NCBI GenBank assembly: GCA_013239625.1
Contig: MU056262.1
Coordinates: 6,982,134-7,046,133 of the forward strand
Length of the DNA: 64,000 bases
Source of the DNA: Lama guanicoe
Taxonomy: Eukaryota
Reading direction: 5' to 3'
Shown here: positions 62,591 to 64,000 of the stretch, piece after piece
Layout: each line of letters starts with the position of its first letter
Numbering within the stretch: the stretch's first letter is position 1
Notes under the pieces: generated by a model
What the model was told of the DNA's origin: nothing
The model's database searches: none
Seen by the model: only the letters and a program-made list of their open reading frames with translations
Position numbers and translations under genes: made by a program

Positions 62591-63559
62591 GAGAAAATCT
62601 CTTTTGTTTTGTGTGGGTTAGACTTAGAGAGGTTTAGTGAAGACCCTGCTGCTAAACCAGGTCTTCCCAGTAAGGACCAGATGGCTACCTAGTGTCTTTC
62701 GAGAACGCCAGACAGCCTCTCAGGACTCCTGGGGGTTACCATTGTCTTTGACCGTGGAGATTAGCCTCACTGCCCTCCACGCCTGGGCTGTCATTAAGAA
62801 ACCATTCAGCATCTTCAAACGTGATCTCACAGCCTCCAGACACAGCTCTGGACTCCAGTCACAGCTATGTGACGTGAATGCACATGCCTTTCCTATACCC
62901 CTTTGGCTTTCATTCTCCAGTTTCAAGCTAGGAATTGGGATTTTTGTGGAGCGGACTCTTTGGTTCTTTAGAGACTCCTTAGTTTGGCAGTAATACCCTG
63001 GGATTCTCGTGGCCACGTTTGTAATCAGAGTTACACCATCAAGGAAAAAGCAAGCAGAGGGGCTGTCATTTCCGATGAAAGAGCAGGAAAGTTACTTGCT
63101 TGTGTCCCAGAAATGACTTTGAACCCTCTGAAAGGGCAGTAGCTGCTTTGTCCCCTTCTTCTTTTCTTTTGCCAAGTCCCCTTTGGGTTTCCTATAGAAG
63201 CAGCCACTGTCATTTATGACTCCCCCAGGATGTCTATCCCCATCATCACACATCCACCTCCCCTATACTCAGCCCCCTGTGGGAGTGCACTAGGCTCCCC
63301 TCGAGGTAACCTTGAAGGCAGTGTTGATGATGAATTTGCAGAATTTCACTTCTGACTTCTAAATACATTTTGGCTGCAGGACGCCAAGGGAGGGGTGTGG
63401 GGTGACAGTGGTCTGCAGCCACCAAGATCTGTCCCTGTCTTCATTTAAAAAGCCCTAGCCTGTCTGCACAGGAGACTCAACGCTCGGCAATCTTGCACAT
63501 AGTAGCGGAGGGCTAAGAGCGCATACTAAGCACTAATGCCTGCAGTCGCCACCCTGAAC

Positions 63560-63772
63560 CTCTCACTCTCCATCCCCCACCCTCCTCTGTTTATCTTCCC
63601 AGCTCTCATCCGCTTAGCACAGTCCACATCTTTCCTTGTTGCCTGTCTCCTGTCCACTCTAAATTTTGAGGCAGTGCTTTGTCTCTTGTTTCCTGCTGTC
63701 TTCCTAATGCCAGGAATGTTGCCTGGTGTACAGCAGGCCCTCAATAAATATTTATTGAATGGATGGACTGAA
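63560..63772 (+). mobile_element. L2 3' end
   Basis: gccaggaatgttgcctggtgtacagcaggccctcaataaatatttattgaatggatgga. Confidence 0.85.
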
Positions 63773-63869
63773 CTTGGTGACACCGAGGGTTTGACATTAG
63801 GCAGACTGCAGGGAGAATTCCGGGGCTAATAACGAAGAGCTGTTTGGTGCAGCTCCAACTCCTCCCTCT

Positions 63870-63990
63870 AGGAGCCTCAGTTTCCACATCTATATCAGGA
63901 GAGTTATGAATATTCGGCCCTCCTGGAAATCTTGTGAAGACTACATGGGAGGAGGCAGGTGAAAGGGTTTATTAAATGGCAGTTTACCTG
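63870..63990 (+). mobile_element. MIR fragment
   Basis: ggagcctcagtttccacatctatatcaggagag. Confidence 0.65.
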
Positions 63991-64000
63991 CGCCATATGT

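Overview
Non-coding mammalian (eutherian) genomic DNA, either intronic or intergenic. A young L1 3' end at 42729-42913 resembles the camelid-type L1 tail and two L1 3'UTRs look cetartiodactyl-type, so a camelid source is inferred from recall, not from a database search. No intact protein-coding gene or recognisable coding exon was found; the supplied ORFs look like chance ORFs or low-complexity artefacts. Much of the window is ancient repeat: many MIR and L2 fragments, L1M remnants, MER5/MER58/MER63/MER94 hAT elements, and MLT1/MLT2/LTR16/LTR33-type LTRs. The more specific signals are: a 3'-truncated tailless 7SK retropseudogene inside an old L1 (6780-7019); a ~95-bp inverted duplicate whose left arm splits an L2 (36749-37245); an unidentified ~380-bp insert splitting an ERVL-type LTR (44195-44574); an L1 with a probable short 3' transduction (56035-57221); a small twin-primed L1 (62361-62590); two perfect recent local duplications (68 bp and 120 bp); and a repeat-poor, motif-dense candidate regulatory block (about 20.6-22.4 kb). 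The sequence does not support a new biological system. Repeat boundaries are approximate and subfamily names are recalled by eye.
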